Shown here piece by piece: positions 51,973 through 64,000 of a DNA stretch of 64,000 bases. A program made the position numbers and the translations under genes. Each line of letters starts with the position of its first letter. The stretch's first letter is position 1. The stretch spans positions 36,477,123 through 36,541,122 of the forward strand of contig NC_068996.1 in NCBI RefSeq assembly GCF_001194135.2. Direction: 5' to 3'. The stretch comes from Octopus bimaculoides. Taxonomy: Eukaryota. The notes beneath the pieces were generated by a model. The model saw only the letters and a list, made by a program, of their open reading frames with translations, was not told the origin of the DNA and did no database searches.

Positions 51973-53329
51973 TAAATATAGGCAAAAGACTTCTCTCGTC
52001 TTGTCTAAACACTAATATTATATCTAATTACATGCAATTAGTGGAATTATCTCTGAACATTTCCAATTTCATATTTCTTTTCTTTTCTTTGTTTGCTTTT
52101 CTTTGGTGTTTTTTTTTTTGTTATTTTTCTTTTTGTTTTTGTTATTATTGTAAGTCTTTTAATTACGAACTTGAACAAAATGGTAAAGATCCAAAGGGAG
52201 ATATCTCATGTGAAACAACACCTTTGTAACATATAAAGTTCTTATNNNNNNNNNNNNNNNNNNNNNNNNNNNNNNNNNNNNNNNNNNNNNNNNNNNNNNN
52301 NNNNNNNNNNNNNNNNNNNNNNNNNNNNNNNNNNNNNNNNNNNNNNNNNNNNNNNNNNNNNNNNNNNNNNNNNNNNNNNNNNNNNNNNNNNNNNNNNNNN
52401 NNNNNNNNNNNNNNNNNNNNNNNNNNNNNNNNNNNNNNNNNNNNNNNNNNNNNNNNNNNNNNNNNNNNNNNNNNNNNNNNNNNNNNNNNNNNNNNNNNNN
52501 NNNNNNNNNNNNNNNNNNNNNNNNNNNNNNNNNNNNNNNNNNNNNNNNNNNNNNNNNNNNNNNNNNNNNNNNNNNNNNNNNNNNNNNNNNNNNNNNNNNN
52601 NNNNNNNNNNNNNNNNNNNNNNNNNNNNNNNNNNNNNNNNNNNNCCACACGTGTGCGCGCGCACACTCTGCCTCCTCTTTCTCCGTTTCGGTAATGAGAT
52701 TCGGTGCTTGTATAAGACATATTTTGTGACTGTGTTGTCGTTTATATTTTTATTATATAAATTGTTATCACCATCATCATCATCACCATCATCATCATCA
52801 CCATCATCATCATCATTATCATTATCATTGCTAAAAATCTAGCCATAATAGTTATTTTTTGCTCTTTTAGTTTTTCTTTCACATAACAGACTTCAAGTTG
52901 TGTTTTCTTTTTTGTTTTTTTCTTTTGACTTTTTTTTTTAAATTGTTGCTACAAATGAAACCACAATAGTTAAAGAATCATGCTTATCTTCAAAACCACC
53001 ACTCCCACCACTGTCGCCACTACTACTCCCACCATCGTCACCCCAGCACTCCCACTGCTATAATCCCAACGCTCCCACAACCATCATTAGCATCATCACC
53101 GCTATCATCATCATCATTGTTATCATAATCATCATTATCACCATCATCATTGCTGATGGTGTTGATGTCATCGTCATTGTTACGTTAAACATTTCTTCCA
53201 TATTTGACAACATCAGGAATTGTAACATCCATTTCTTCAGATTGAAACGGTCAGAGATTGATTGAGGTCTGGAATATTTAGCAATGTCCACACACACACA
53301 CACACACACATACCTCAGCCTTCCGTTAC

Positions 53330-54185
53330 ATTTGAATGTCCTGAGAACCAACTTAAGCAGTTCTTCCCATGCTTTCTGTTCCACTCCCCTCCACCCCACC
53401 CTCCGCCATCCTGCACACACATATTGGTCAAAGAAATCTGAATACTAAGTCTTGTTTCCATAATTACTAAATATGAAGTGGTTCCTGGTAAGTTAGAATT
53501 ATGACTGTACTCAGAGAGGACAGCTGCTTGAGAGTACTCTGAGAGGATAGCTAAGTGTATGTGATAATGGAAACTATTAAACAAACATTGTGATGCAATC
53601 AAAACTTTTATTTTTATTATTATTATTATTATCATCAAATAATTCAATGTATTTTGAAGTATTTGAAATAGAATCGGGAGATTGTTAAATACTTTAAGTG
53701 CTTTCTATATTCTAGAAAAATACCCACTTTCAAGTATAATGCTGCTGACATTAATTTAATTTAAAAGACTGGAGACTTGATGAAGCGAAGAGAATATGTT
53801 CTGTTTTTTCCATGGAGAGAAAGAAAGGATGTGTTAGATTTTGAAATAGAAATGATGGTATGTTAAATTGAAACTCAGTGTTGCTGTGGTAATAATACTT
53901 ACATAGAACACGGAACAAATTAATAGAATACTTGGGTATTTAAATGGAACCCAGAGACAGAATACTGATTCACTTAAATAAGACACACTCATTGAAAGAG
54001 AGATATTTCAACAGCACTGTAATTTATTTAAACCCAGTTATTTAGTTAAAATCTGTCGATAGAATGGTGATATATTCACATGGAATACGCATACAACTCC
54101 TTGGTTGTATATTTAAACAGAACCTAGTAATAGAATGATGATTTAGTTAAATAGAACCAGACATAAAATGGTAATATATTTAAGC
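53330..54185 (+). other. Segment B of the inverted duplication (partner 36050-37262)
   Basis: See segment A. It lacks the family C SINE and has a shorter (ATT)n tract. Confidence 0.9.
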
Positions 54186-55099
54186 CCAAAACTACAATAG
54201 AGGATGGTATTCTATTTTTTTAAAAATGCTCTCATATAGATTTTTTGGTAGTGTTTGAAATAGAACCCAGGTATGATGGATATAACTTTGAAGGTAGACT
54301 TTTGTCATCATGGGTAATATCAGAAAATAAGCCATACATACTATAATTGTTATTTAACTTTTATCAAGTTTCTTGGTCATCATCATCATCATTTAACATC
54401 CATTTTCCATGCAACGGTTCGATGGTTTGACCAGAACTGGCAAGCAGGAGAGCTGCACCAGGTTCCAGTCTGATTTGGCCTGGTTTCTGCTGCTGGATGC
54501 TCTTCCAAGTGCCAAACACTTCACAGTGTATACTGAGTGCTGTTTATGTGGTACTATACAAAATGAATACTAATTTTCAAAAGAAAAATATTCATTGCCT
54601 TAAAATTAACATGCGTATGTCTATACATATATGTGTGTGTATATGCTTGTTTATTTGTGCATAAATATATGTATACATGTGTACATGAATATCTGCGTAT
54701 GTGTATGTGAGTTTTATTTTGTGTGTCTACACACACACATATTTGATATTACTGAATGTGTCTGCATTTATTATCATTTTACCTAATACAAATATATTTC
54801 TCTGCCTACATTTAATACAAAGATATTTTTATTTATACTTATTCGTTTCATATGACTCGCCATTGTTTCACACTTTGAACTGTTTAAATACCCATTCAAT
54901 TGATGATTCTCTTCTTTATTTCACCATTTTCATTGTTTTTCAAATAACTTTTCAAGTATGATATGCTTTAATTTCTTCCATAATACATTTACGATTGACT
55001 GTTTCCCCACCTCAATCTCTCTCTCTATCAATCACTTTCTCCCTTACTCTTTCTCTCCTCTACCGTTCACCTTCTCCACTCTCGATCTCTTTTTTCTCT

Positions 55100-55165
<66 letters not shown>

Positions 55166-55564
55166 TCCCTCTCTGCTACTCCTTTGTTTTATAATGTTTA
55201 TTTCTACTACATTTTTGTTTCACATTCCTTACATTGTTCTGAACTGTTACTTTTTCATCCCCACCTCTCTCTCTCTCCCTCTTCCCTCCCTCTCTCCCTC
55301 CCTCTCTCCCTCTCCTCCTCTCTCTCCACTATTAGCTAGTTTCCTTCCTCCATCTATATGTAGAATATGTATTGTTTCTAAACAGAAGCAATGCATATTT
55401 AACAACTTACATTTCAGGCTTGGTATAAAAGGAAAAAGTAGATATTTATTTGAGACTTTGTGCAGTTTGATGAAAGATGTAGCATTGGTGTGTGTGTGTG
55501 TGGGGTGGGGTGGGGGGTTTATTTATGATGCTGACACATACTGGGTTCCACACATTGGTTTTTT

Positions 55565-55865
55565 TTTTATGGTCGCCTTCTCTGCTGGTATTTCCATAGA
55601 GTTAACTCCTTTTTGATTGTCCAGAAAAGCTATACAGAATGGAATGTCATATTCTTTCAATTAGTTGGTTCATGTCACTTAGGTTTAGATGGTCAATGGT
55701 GGAAATACTTCCTTGAAATCCTGCTTGTTGTTCACATAAATGGTATTCTTCCAATTGTTTGACAATTCTGATATTCATGAAAAGTTTCTTTCTGGAACAT
55801 AGAAGACTTATTGGTTAATAATTCATGGGGTCTTTTCTACCGCCCATTTTTATGTAGTAAATTGA
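55565..55865 (-). mobile_element. Decayed RTE-type LINE reverse-transcriptase fragment
   Basis: Minus strand gives LHKNG...(frameshift)...QLEEYHLCEQQAGFQGSISTIDHL...NQLIE...IPFCIAFLDNQKGVNS, resembling EQAGFRxGxSTIDH...AFxDxxKAFDS. Confidence 0.75.
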
Positions 55866-56989
55866 TTAAAAAAAAAAAAATTTTCTTATATATCCTTTAA
55901 TAATCCTTTATTAATTGGCATGCATGTGTAAAATTAATATCTATGATATACAGTATGTGCTTGTGTGTGTGTGTGTAATCATGATGGTTGCCATCAACAT
56001 AATGATCTATGGCCAGTTCCAGGCATCAATGTAGAAATGCTACTGTTGTATCATTTGAATAAGTTTAAATTTTATTTGTTCTTTAGTAGAGATATTTTCA
56101 GGATCCAAGAAACCAATATTTGGAGAGATCATCCCATTCTTTCTAGTCATAAGCAAAGTAGTAGTTCTGCTTTAAATTGGAATTGAAATTATTTCCATCA
56201 TTATCATTGCTGTTGTTGTCGTCGTCGTTGTCATCATTATCATCATCATTACCATCATCACTATCACTATCATCACCACCACCACCACCACCACCACCAC
56301 CATACATCATTGCCATTGTGTTGTCATCACTGTTATCATCACTATCATCATTGTCATTCACTCCCTCTGTCATCATCATCATCATCATCATCACAGTCAA
56401 CTTCATTATCACAAGCCAACAGTTGATACACTTGCTAGAAATAGCATCCAAATTTCCTGTTGAAAGACACTTTGTTTTACATAGTCACATGTGCGTGTGC
56501 GCACACACACACACACACACACACTATGTCTTGAAAATAGATGGGTTGATACTAGATGGAATGTCTTTCGTTACGGCTAACCTAAAACCAAACAACAATA
56601 ACAATGTCAGCACCATTTCAACACCACTGATAATGTCCATTGTTATCAAAGAACCATTCTTTCACATTGGCATGTTTGATCTTCCATGTAGTATCTCAAC
56701 CAAAATTGGGGACCTTAAACATACTCATTAAGTCTCTGGTATCCATCATTCAATTTTCTTACGTCATTGGTACACTCCACAAACAGTGTGTGTGTGTGTG
56801 TGTTATTCTTATACAAGAATGTTGTTGACTGTGACTCCAATAATAGCTTAGCTGGCTAAAACTTCAAGGTCACTATCAACAACATTCTTGTATAAGAGTA
56901 ATAAATTTGTACTCTACGAAAGTATAGAGTGACCCATCAAATTGAAATAAAGTTGTTTGGGAAGAAGACCCATCAAGCCAAGCAAAACC

Positions 56990-57230
56990 GCAGTTGTGGC
57001 AAGTACCAGTGTTCCACAAATTGGCACCCGTGCCGGTAGCATGTAAATGCACCCTGGTGTCAAGCAAATGGCACTCGTGCTGGTGGCACGCACCCATTAC
57101 ACTCTTGGAGTGGTTGGTGTTGGAAGGGCATCAGCCGTAGAAAACCATGCCAAATCAGACTGGAGTCTGGTGCAGCCTTCCAGCTTGCCATGCTAGCATG
57201 GACAACAGATGTTAAATGATGATGATGATA
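56990..57230 (+). mobile_element. SINE family D
   Basis: ggcacccgtgccggtagcatgtaaatgcacc...gaagggcatcagccgtagaaaacc...tgctagcatggacaacagatgttaaatgatgatg. Confidence 0.85.
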
Positions 57231-57399
57231 TAACTGAGCATAAAAACAAACATTAATATATATATATATAGTGAGTGTGTGTGTTTATATTAACCTTTGT
57301 GATGCAAAAGATTGACAGGGACTTTGAAGTTACTTTCAACCTTTTTGCTAAAAGCTAATGTAAAAATAAATACATATACAGAGTACATATTTATAATAT

Positions 57400-58395
57400 C
57401 GATATCAAATTTAGGCAAAAGGCTAGCCATTTTAGCGGGAGGGATAAGTTGATTACATTGACCCCACCCCCCACCCCTTCCAGCAATCAACTTATCCGAA
57501 AAGATGAAAGACGAAATATACCTTGGCAGAATTTGAACTCAGAATGTAAGGATATCAAAATGCAACTAACCATTTTGCCCACCTCGTTAACAATTTTATC
57601 AGCTCGTTACTTTATATGTATTTATATTATTAAAATATGTAATTAAGAGTTTGCAAAGCCAGATTTGAAAAAACTTTGAAGTCATTGTTTTTTAAAAAAA
57701 GGAAAGTAAATATTTAATTCTGTGCCATGTATTGAGTTATTTTTATACTTAGAAATTAAACAGCTACATACATTGCTATTGTTGTCAGCTCAATGGACAG
57801 AATAATTAGCAGCATTTTGTCCCTCTTTACATTCTGAGTTTAAATAAAACTGAGGTCAGCTTTGCCTTTCATCCTTTCATGGTCGACAAAATAAGTACCA
57901 GACAGGTACTGGGGTCAATGTGAATCGACTATTGGCCCCTAAAAAGACTATTGCCCTCTGCAAAAAAAAAAAAAAAAAATTCAGGCCTTGTGCCTATTAC
58001 AGAAAGAATTATTATTGATGTTGTTGTTGTTATTGTTGTTATAAGCTGGTAGCAACATTTCCTTACATTCTGAGTTCAAATGCTGTCAAAGTTGTCTTTT
58101 ACTTTCATGATTTAAAGGTTGATAAAATAAGTACCAGCTGAGCTCTGGGATCAACTTACTCCCCTCCCACTCCAGTCGCTAGTCAAAATTTGAAAGCACC
58201 AGCATCATCATCATCATCATCATCATTATTATTATTATTATTAATTCCACTGAGGTTGATTTTGCCTTTCATCCTTTCGGAGTCAATAAATTAAGTACCA
58301 GTTATGCACTGGGGATCGATGTAATTGACTAATCCCCTCCCAGCAAAATTCCAGGCCCTGTGCCTACAATAGAAAGGATTATTATTATTATTATT
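57400..58395. mobile_element. Family A SINE cluster (antisense 57400-57605; sense 57780-58015, 58040-58200, 58245-58380)
   Basis: Repeated core motifs separated by (TAT)/(TGT)/(CAT) tails. Confidence 0.85.
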
Positions 58396-58954
58396 ATTAT
58401 CATTAATCCTCTTCTTCCAAGTTGGTAAATTAAGGTTTTGGATAATTTGGTAATTCTCTCTACCTTGCTTCTCTGTAAGATCCATTTCACTCAATTCGCC
58501 TTCAACTATCCTATTCCAGGCCAGATATTTTTGGGGTATCCAGGTTTCCATTTTCCAAATGGTGTCCATCTAAACGTTGTATGTGTGTGTGTGTGTGCGC
58601 GCGTGCACATGCGCATGTGTATGTGTGTGCATGCATCTATAGACCATTCTGTCAGTCAGATTTCAACTCTGAGATTCTGACTTTTTTATCAGCATGATTT
58701 GAAGCCACCATTTCACCCCAGTGGTGCCAGTTGTTATTTAAAACCATATTGAAACATGTTAGTCATTCTTTTCCCACCTTTCCTGCTCTCTCTCTCTCCT
58801 TCTCTCTCTCCTTCTCTCTCTCCCTCTCCCTCNNNNNNNNNNNNNNNNNNNNNNNNNNNNNNNNNNNNNNNNNNNNNNNNNNNNNNNNNNNNNNNNNNNN
58901 NNNNNNNNNNNNNNNNNNNNNNNNNNNNNNNNNNNNNNNNNNNNNNNNNNNNNN

Positions 58955-58985
<31 letters not shown>

Positions 58986-59169
58986 AGCAATCACACGCAT
59001 ACGTATTTACATTCTCACACATTCACACTCAGACTCATCATCCGCCACCAGTTTCTTTCTCCCACACCTTCCTTAACACCTTGTCCCAACTCTATGGAAC
59101 CTTGCCCCTCCCCTTGTTTTTCTCTTGGCAGCTGCATCAGCCTCACCTGTCACATTTTTTATTGACCAC

Positions 59170-59369
59170 AAATCAAAGGTGCCATCGTCATCATTGTCAT
59201 CATCAATATCATCATCATCATCCTCGTAACTATTATTATTTTCATCATCGTTATAACCACCAATATCATCATCATCATCATCATCACAATTATTATTTTC
59301 ATCATTATCACCACCAATATCATCATTATCATCATCACAATTATTATTTTCATCATTATCACCACCAAT

Positions 59370-59407
<38 letters not shown>

Positions 59408-59470
59408 TATCATCATCATCATTATCATCATCATCATCATCGTTAACGCCACCAATATCATCATCACAGG
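59170..59470. repeat. (CAT/TAT)n compound microsatellite with higher-order ~40-bp periodicity
   Basis: caattattattttcatcattatcaccaccaatatcatcat recurs about 3 times. This is the source of the poly-D, poly-H and poly-M ORFs. Confidence 0.9.
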
Positions 59471-59589
59471 AAGTGCATCTGATCATCAAGTACTACTTCA
59501 AGATGCCTCATTCAAAGCACGTCTGCAAAGAGAAAAGTAGATGTAAAGACAAAGATGATGATGATGATGATGATACCTAGAATATGAAT

Positions 59590-59880
59590 GCAGGTGTGGC
59601 TGTATGGTAAGAAGTTTGCTTCCCAACCACATGGTTCTGTTCCGTGTTCATTCCCACCACGTGGCACTTGGGTTAATGTCTTTGGTTATAGCCCCTGACC
59701 AACCATAGCCATGTGAGGGAATTTGTTAGATGGAAACTGAAAGAATCTCATCATGTATATCTGTGTGTGTTTGTGTTTGTTCCTCTACCATTGCTTGGTA
59801 ACTGGTGTTGGTTTGTTTACATCCCCATAGCTTAGCAGTTCAGGAAAAAGACTGATCGAATAAGGATCTGACTTTAAAAA
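59590..59880 (+). mobile_element. SINE family B, 3'-degraded
   Basis: gcaggtgtggctgtatggtaagaagtttgcttcccaaccac...ggaaactgaaagaatctc. Confidence 0.85.
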
Positions 59881-59981
59881 AAAAAAATTTAAATAAGTCT
59901 TGGGTTATATATATATAAAACAACTGAAAAAAATCTTTTGTAATTATAATGTTTTCTTTATTAACCACTAAAGGTTTACAC

Positions 59982-60031
<50 letters not shown>

Positions 60032-61849
60032 GTATTAGTCACAAGGGCTCATATATTAGTTTCAAATTTTGGTACAAGGCTAACAATTTCAGAGGAATGG
60101 GTAAATTGCTTACATCGGCCCCAATGTTCAACTGGTACTTATTTTATTGACCCCGAAAGGACGAGAGGCAAAGTAGGCCTCAGCAGAATTTGAACTCAGA
60201 ATGTAAAGACAGACAAAATGCCACTAAATACTTATGATTCTGCCAGTCATGATATTTCACACAAATTACAGAACATGAAGATGGACACAACAACAACCTA
60301 TAAAAAAAGAAAAATATGAAGATTAAGGGTATTACAGAGTGAATGTTGAAAATTTGATACCAGTTAAAATATGAATATATAATTAGATAAATTGGTAACC
60401 CATTGAGCACTTTGAAAATAACCCAGCAGATACTTAGGGTCAGGGTACTTGCTGACATTGACTGCCTTCCATACCCTGTCCCACCTTGAAGCTGATGCAC
60501 CCCAAAGGGCTCCTGAGCATCTTTGGCATCAAACTGTGCAAAGAATCTCCCACCTCTATTGCCTGGTCATGTGAGGAAGCGTGGGCTAGGGGTTAAGGTG
60601 TCATGCTTATGATTGCAAGATTGTGCTTTCCAATCCAAGACCAGGTAGTGCATTATGTTCTTAAGCAAAACACATCATTTTATGTTGTTCTATGATCACT
60701 TTGATACCTGATATGTGACACACCATCCACCTGTACAGGTATTGTCAATTTACTGCACAAATATTTGATCACTATAAATAAATCATCTGTTCAGGTCGCT
60801 GAGGAATAAATGACAGAATCACCTTCCTTAGACACAAAAGACTACCATGAAAATCATAATTCTAATAGTGTGGTTTTTCATTAGCAATTGACCATTCAAG
60901 TGTTTTTAAAAATTGTTTTTAAAATTCATTTATTCCCTTCATTTTCCTTCAGTTTGTTCAATAACCCTACCCAGTTCTTCATTATTTGTTTGAAGAACTA
61001 TAAATCTCATACAGTTCTAGTGATGTGATGAGCTTATCCCATAATTACTGTTAACCTTTTTCTTGGGTGTGTTCTTATTTTTGAGGTGGAGTTCTTTTTC
61101 CATTTCTTGCATTTCCTGCTTTCTCCTGCAGGTTGCCACTCCTGCTAGTTTGGCATTTCCTCTTTATCTCTAAGAAAACCAGGATTTCATGTGTAGTTTA
61201 TATTACAGTTTAATGCCAGATTGATTGTGCAACTTTATATCCTCCTTCTCCTCATCTCCATCATCATCATCATCATCATAATGTCTATTTTTCTACACTT
61301 GCATTGGTGGAAATTTGTTGAAACGGATTTTTCTACTGTTGATTGCTCTTTTTGTTGCCAATCTTTTCTTTTCTTGTTTCTCGGTAAGTTAACATTTGAA
61401 CATGAACAGTGCAATGGCTGGACATGTTTTTTGTGGAAGATTGCAAATGATTAACAGTACTTGTATAATGGGGACATTTGTTAACATTTAGGTCATGATG
61501 TTAAGATAGAGACGCAACACACACACTCATTGGGTTTCTTTCAGTTTCTGTTTATCAAATCCACTAACGAGGATTTGGGCTATAGTAGAAGACACTAGCC
61601 CAAAGTACTGTGCAGTGGGAGTTACTCAGAACCAAGTGGTTGGAAAGCAAGCTTCTTACCAAACAGTCATGTTTATGCATATATATATATATACACACAC
61701 ACCATACACTTAATGTGTTTGTGTGTACAGACATACATAAATGAAAATATATATGTATACATACATAAATATAAATATATACATGCATAATCATAAATGC
61801 ATATTGCATATATATTCTTCATTTTGTACATTCTTCACCAGGGAAAGAC

Positions 61850-63070
61850 TTTGCATTCACAACCGTCTGTCTAGCCTGTTTCCTGGAGATAATGAAGTCC
61901 ACCCGGCTTGTGAGCAGGTTTTGAGCTAAGCAGACTCAATAGCAGAAATTAATTTGGTAAAGGAAGATATGGAAGCTGAAAGAACTAGTAAACAGTCAGA
62001 AATTTAGAGAAGTTCTAGTTGAAGAATTTGACAATGGTGGGTGGGGAGCGGAAGTAGAAGATTTACAGTGTAGAGAACAACCTGAAAGTTCCTATGAAAC
62101 CATCTGCTGAGAGCTGCAGACTAAACCTGTGACTTATGCAAGGTTCCGACCAAACTGGTTGTGATGTGGTTGTGTAGCAACAATATGGTAGACAAGGCCA
62201 TAATATTGAAGAGACAGGTTTGGTAAAACTGGAAGAAGAAGGAAAGCATAGAACAATACCTGGTAATTAGAAGGGAAGCAAGTTGACTTATTTACTTAGC
62301 AAGGGAAGAAGCATTGTGTGAAAGTGTTCTTCAGTTTGGGAATTAGGTATAAAATGTATTCCAGATTGCCATGCAGTGTAACAGAGAGCATCAAGATGTT
62401 GTGTGTCCTCTCAGTATGTATGTATAGATGATGAATATTAGTATATTGTTTTCCTATCTACTGTAATTATTCTAGTATTGTAATTAATAAAAGCAGAACC
62501 TGTTGCTATATACCATTTTGCCTTTCCTATACTGCCAGTCACCACTCACTCTCCTCTAGTCCCAGTCAAAGTTTATCATTATTACCCAACTGATATTTAC
62601 GACTTTCCACCCCTCTCGGTTCACCATTCATTACATGCAGCCTCTATATAACCACCCCCACTACATGCTTCTATTCCTCTCTCACTTTTCCAGCCCCCAC
62701 CTCACTCTAGGAACTTCACTTCCCACCTCCCTGATTCTTCTGTGTTCTCACTCCTTTCTGTTCACCTTCTTGAACATGTTTACTATGTTGCAATGTTCTT
62801 GCATCTCAGCATATTCACCTCTGTTTAGGGCACCATTCCAGCTGCCTCTTCCTCTCCACCCCACCCCTGCCCATCCCACGCCCTGGTAAAATATGAAGTA
62901 GCCGCGAATTTCCTCCACAACAGTAAACCCGTTCTCGCTATCCACCCCACTGTCATACTTTAACCTCTCTTACACTTCGTGTAAATCAAACACCTATCTC
63001 CTAACGACCCTCTCGGATGAAGAGGCTCTTTAGTCTTGTGTGTTACAAGTCTGCCTAATTAGTGGTTGTG
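61850..63070. mobile_element. Highly decayed retroelement-like sequence (possibly Penelope-like)
   Basis: Purine/pyrimidine-skewed complex sequence in two oppositely skewed halves, ending ctctcggatgaagagg, reminiscent of Penelope-type ends. No intact motif. Confidence 0.25.
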
Positions 63071-63112
63071 CCACAAAAGAAAAAAGTAATAAATAAAAAA
63101 AAGCATTCAGTA

Positions 63113-63900
63113 ATCATCATCATCTAATGTCTGCTTTCCATGCTGGCATTGGTTTGATGGTTTAACTGGAACTGGTAAGCCAGAGAGCTGCACCAGGTTC
63201 CAGTCTGATTTGACATAGTTAAATTCGATGACTGGCACCCGTGCCGGTGGAGCGCTAACAGCACCATCCGAGCGTGATCATTGCCAGAGCAGCTGTCTGG
63301 CTCCTGTGCTTGTGGCACGTGAAATGCACCATTTGAGCGTGCTTGTTACCAGCGTTGCCTTACTGGCACTTGTGCGGGTGGCACGTGAAAAAACATTCGA
63401 GTGAGGTTGTTGCCAGTGCCGCTGGACTGGCTCCTGTGCAGGTGGCACGTAAAATACACCATCCAAACATGGTTGATGCCAGTACCGCCTGACTAGCCCT
63501 CGTGCCGGTGGCACATAAAAGCACCCACTACACTCTTGGAGTGGTTGGCGTTAGGAAGGGCATCCAGCTGTAGAAACTCTGCCAAATCAGATTGGAGCCT
63601 GGTGTAGCCATCTGGTTCACCAGTCCTCAGTCAAATCGTCCAACCCATGCTAGCATGGAAAGCGGACGTTAAACGATGATGATGATGGTTTCTACAGGTG
63701 GATGCCTTTCCTAACACCAACAACTTGACAGTGTGCTTGGTGTTCTTTATGTGTCAGTGGCACAAGTGCCTTTTATGTGACTCTAGCATGGGTGCTTTTT
63801 ACACATCAGTGGCAGAGTTGCCTTTTATGTGTCACCGACACAGGTGCCTTTTATCTGTCGCTAGCGCTGGTGTCCTTTACATGTCACAGACTCTGGCCAT
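63113..63900. mobile_element. Antisense family D SINE with a sense family D copy nested at 63221-63687
   Basis: The host reads catcatcatctaatgtctg...cagtctgatttgacatagtt, then the insert, then gtttctacaggtggatgcctttcctaac. The insert has about 5 internal ~65-bp tandem units and a (GAT)n tail. Confidence 0.9.
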
Positions 63901-64000
63901 GACCACAATCTCACGATGTCACGATTTTGCCAGTTGGTGTTAAGAAGGACTTTCAGTTGTTTGAAACCATAACAAAACTAAGACACTGGAGTAAGATGTA

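Noticed and set aside
59073-59489. Poly-D, poly-H and poly-M ORFs (also at 12.4, 29.2 and 56.2 kb)
   Set aside because: (CAT/GAT/CAC)n microsatellites that are open in most frames on both strands; no splice or codon evidence.
61113-61390. Strong acceptor at ~61131 and donor at ~61383 as possible exon 2 of the MKWFL gene
   Set aside because: The phase-0 frame stops after 13 codons (VATPASLAFPLYL*), and the hydrophobic frame before the 61383 donor lacks its own acceptor or ATG.

Overview
AT-rich, repeat-dominated animal genomic DNA from a gapped scaffold, with 14 N-runs that mostly abut microsatellites. It reads as intronic or intergenic sequence. The interspersed repeat families match my recollection of Octopus (coleoid cephalopod) SINEs; this is an inference with no database search. 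I cannot support any complete protein-coding gene, RNA gene or CRISPR array. Nearly all listed ORFs are translations of microsatellites, N-gaps or repeats. Well-supported content: (i) more than 40 copies of four SINE-like families, often nested or in head-to-tail clusters; (ii) decayed LINE fragments (CR1/L2-type, Jockey/I-type RT, RTE-type, L1/Tx1-type 3' end); (iii) hAT (Charlie/Buster-type) deletion derivatives and MITEs with 8-bp TSDs, a mariner deletion derivative and a Helentron-like element; (iv) many micro- and minisatellites. The most notable non-TE structure is a diverged inverted duplication (about 36050-37262 vs 53330-54185). Its only long perfectly conserved block (55 bp) contains ATG-AAG-TGG-TTC-CTG followed by GTAAGT, so it may mark the first coding exons of two divergently oriented paralogous genes. 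Other notable items are a MITE with a triplicated arm, a local templated insertion inside a SINE, and antisense SINE-in-SINE nests that could form long dsRNA. All alignments and coordinates were done by eye, so repeat boundaries are approximate.
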